This document shows, in pieces, positions 9,221 through 12,137 of a stretch of DNA of 12,137 nucleotides. The notes below the pieces were generated by a model that did not search any database, was not told where the DNA came from, and worked only from the letters and a program-made list of their open reading frames with translations. The position numbers were made by a program, and so were the translations under genes. The DNA lies in NCBI GenBank assembly GCA_964584035.1, contig CAZOYL010000080.1, positions 1 to 12,137 of the forward strand. Reading direction: 5' to 3'. Each line of letters starts with the position of its first letter. Position 1 is the first letter of the stretch. Source of the DNA: an uncultured Gemmatimonadota bacterium (GTDB lineage Bacteria > SM23-81).

Positions 9221-10234
9221 GTGAAGGCGATCATCCCAGCAGCGGGCGTCGGTACTCGCCTGCGACCTCACACTCATACTCTGCCGAAAGCGCTTCTGCA
9301 CGTGGCCGGGAAGCCCATTCTGGCTCATATCCTCGACCAGCTGATGGAACTGGACGTCCAGGAAGTCGTCATCGTCGTTGGCATTCTGGGTGAAAAGATC
9401 GAGGCCTTCGTTCGGGAGCACTATCCGGTGAAGGCCACCTTCGTGGAGCAGAAGGAGCGTTTGGGCCTGGGCCATTCCATCTATGTGGCCCTGGAGACGA
9501 TTGAGCCGGCTCCGTCGATGATCGTTTACGGGGACACCATCTTCGAGGGTCAGATCGCCGATGGGATCGATTATACGGTGGATGGCTCCCTGGGTGTCAA
9601 AGAAGTGGATGATCCCCGCCGTTTCGGAACGGTGGAGCTGACCAACGGCCGGATCAGCCGTCTGGTGGAAAAACCCGATCGGCCCCGCTCCAACCTGGTG
9701 ATCGTGGGGGTCAATTTTATCAACAACATCGAGTTGCTGCATGAGTGCCTGAAAAGGATCGTGGACCAGGGGATCCGGACGCGGGGCGAATACCAGCTGA
9801 CCGACGCCTTTCAGCTGATGGTGGATGAGGGGGCTCATCTGACCACCTTTCCCCTGGAAGGCTGGTTCGATTGCGGCAAACCGGAAACGCTGCTGGCCAC
9901 CAATCGGCATCTTCTGGAGAAGCTGCAGTATGACCGGCAGGTGGAGGGTTCTCTGATCAGACCGCCGGCCTACATATCCGACACCGCTCGGGTGGACAAC
10001 TCCATTCTGGGACCCTATGTCTCCGTGGCTGATGGAGCCGTGATCAGCAATTCCATCGTCGAGGATGCCATCATCGCCGAGGGCGCCGAGGTGATCGATT
10101 GTCTCTTGAAAGGTTCCCTAGTCGGGAACAATGCTTTTGTTCAGGGAGGACTGACACAACTCAATATAGGGGATTCATCACAGATTCGTTTTGCAACCGT
10201 ACCAACTCCACATCTTTCGGAGGGAGCAAAGTAA
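9221..10234 (+). CDS. Sugar-phosphate nucleotidyltransferase (long RmlA/GraD-like form with C-terminal left-handed beta-helix); substrate not determined
   Basis: Motifs '[25 protein letters not shown]', 'LGLGH', 'YGDT', 'LVEKP', 'GEYQLTDA' and 'WFDCG', then hexapeptide-like repeats. GTG 9221 follows AGGAGG at 9209-9214. Confidence 0.88.
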   Translation: MKAIIPAAGVGTRLRPHTHTLPKALLHVAGKPILAHILDQLMELDVQEVVIVVGILGEKIEAFVREHYPVKATFVEQKERLGLGHSIYVALETIEPAPSMIVYGDTIFEGQIADGIDYTVDGSLGVKEVDDPRRFGTVELTNGRISRLVEKPDRPRSNLVIVGVNFINNIELLHECLKRIVDQGIRTRGEYQLTDAFQLMVDEGAHLTTFPLEGWFDCGKPETLLATNRHLLEKLQYDRQVEGSLIRPPAYISDTARVDNSILGPYVSVADGAVISNSIVEDAIIAEGAEVIDCLLKGSLVGNNAFVQGGLTQLNIGDSSQIRFATVPTPHLSEGAK

Positions 10235-10235
10235 A

Positions 10236-12137
<1,902 letters not shown>

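Noticed and set aside
10150..10235. Fragments resembling known SAM riboswitches upstream of metK (GCAACC, CACAAC...GGAGCAA, AACCGTA)
   Set aside because: These are isolated short matches without the required helices and spacing, so no known riboswitch class is called. The region is kept only as an unclassified candidate.
10191..10235. Longer metK start given by the ORF track (also dprA 4838, ptsH 6009, nucleotidyltransferase 9218)
   Set aside because: The downstream starts fit the SD spacing and family N-termini better, and for metK and dprA they avoid long overlaps.

Overview
A GC-rich bacterial core-genome segment with 13 tightly packed genes, all on the + strand: ftsH (3' part) - folE - folP (with a ~135 aa N-terminal extension) - cdaA/dacA diadenylate cyclase - obgE - HEAT-repeat protein - dprA - ptsH (HPr) - ptsI (Enzyme I) - bifunctional phosphoglucose/phosphomannose isomerase - sugar-phosphate nucleotidyltransferase - metK - ahcY (5' part, runs off the window and is missing from the supplied ORF track). 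I found no RNA genes, CRISPR arrays, mobile elements or convincing intrinsic terminators, and no clearly new multi-gene system. Worth a second look: a CdaA with RHQ in place of the catalytic RHR, no cdaR partner and a stop/start overlap with obgE; a FolE with His in place of a conserved Lys; the extended FolP; an uncharacterised HEAT-repeat gene; HPr/EI with no permease in view; and a low-GC patch upstream of metK that may be regulatory. All product calls come from motif recognition, not database searches.
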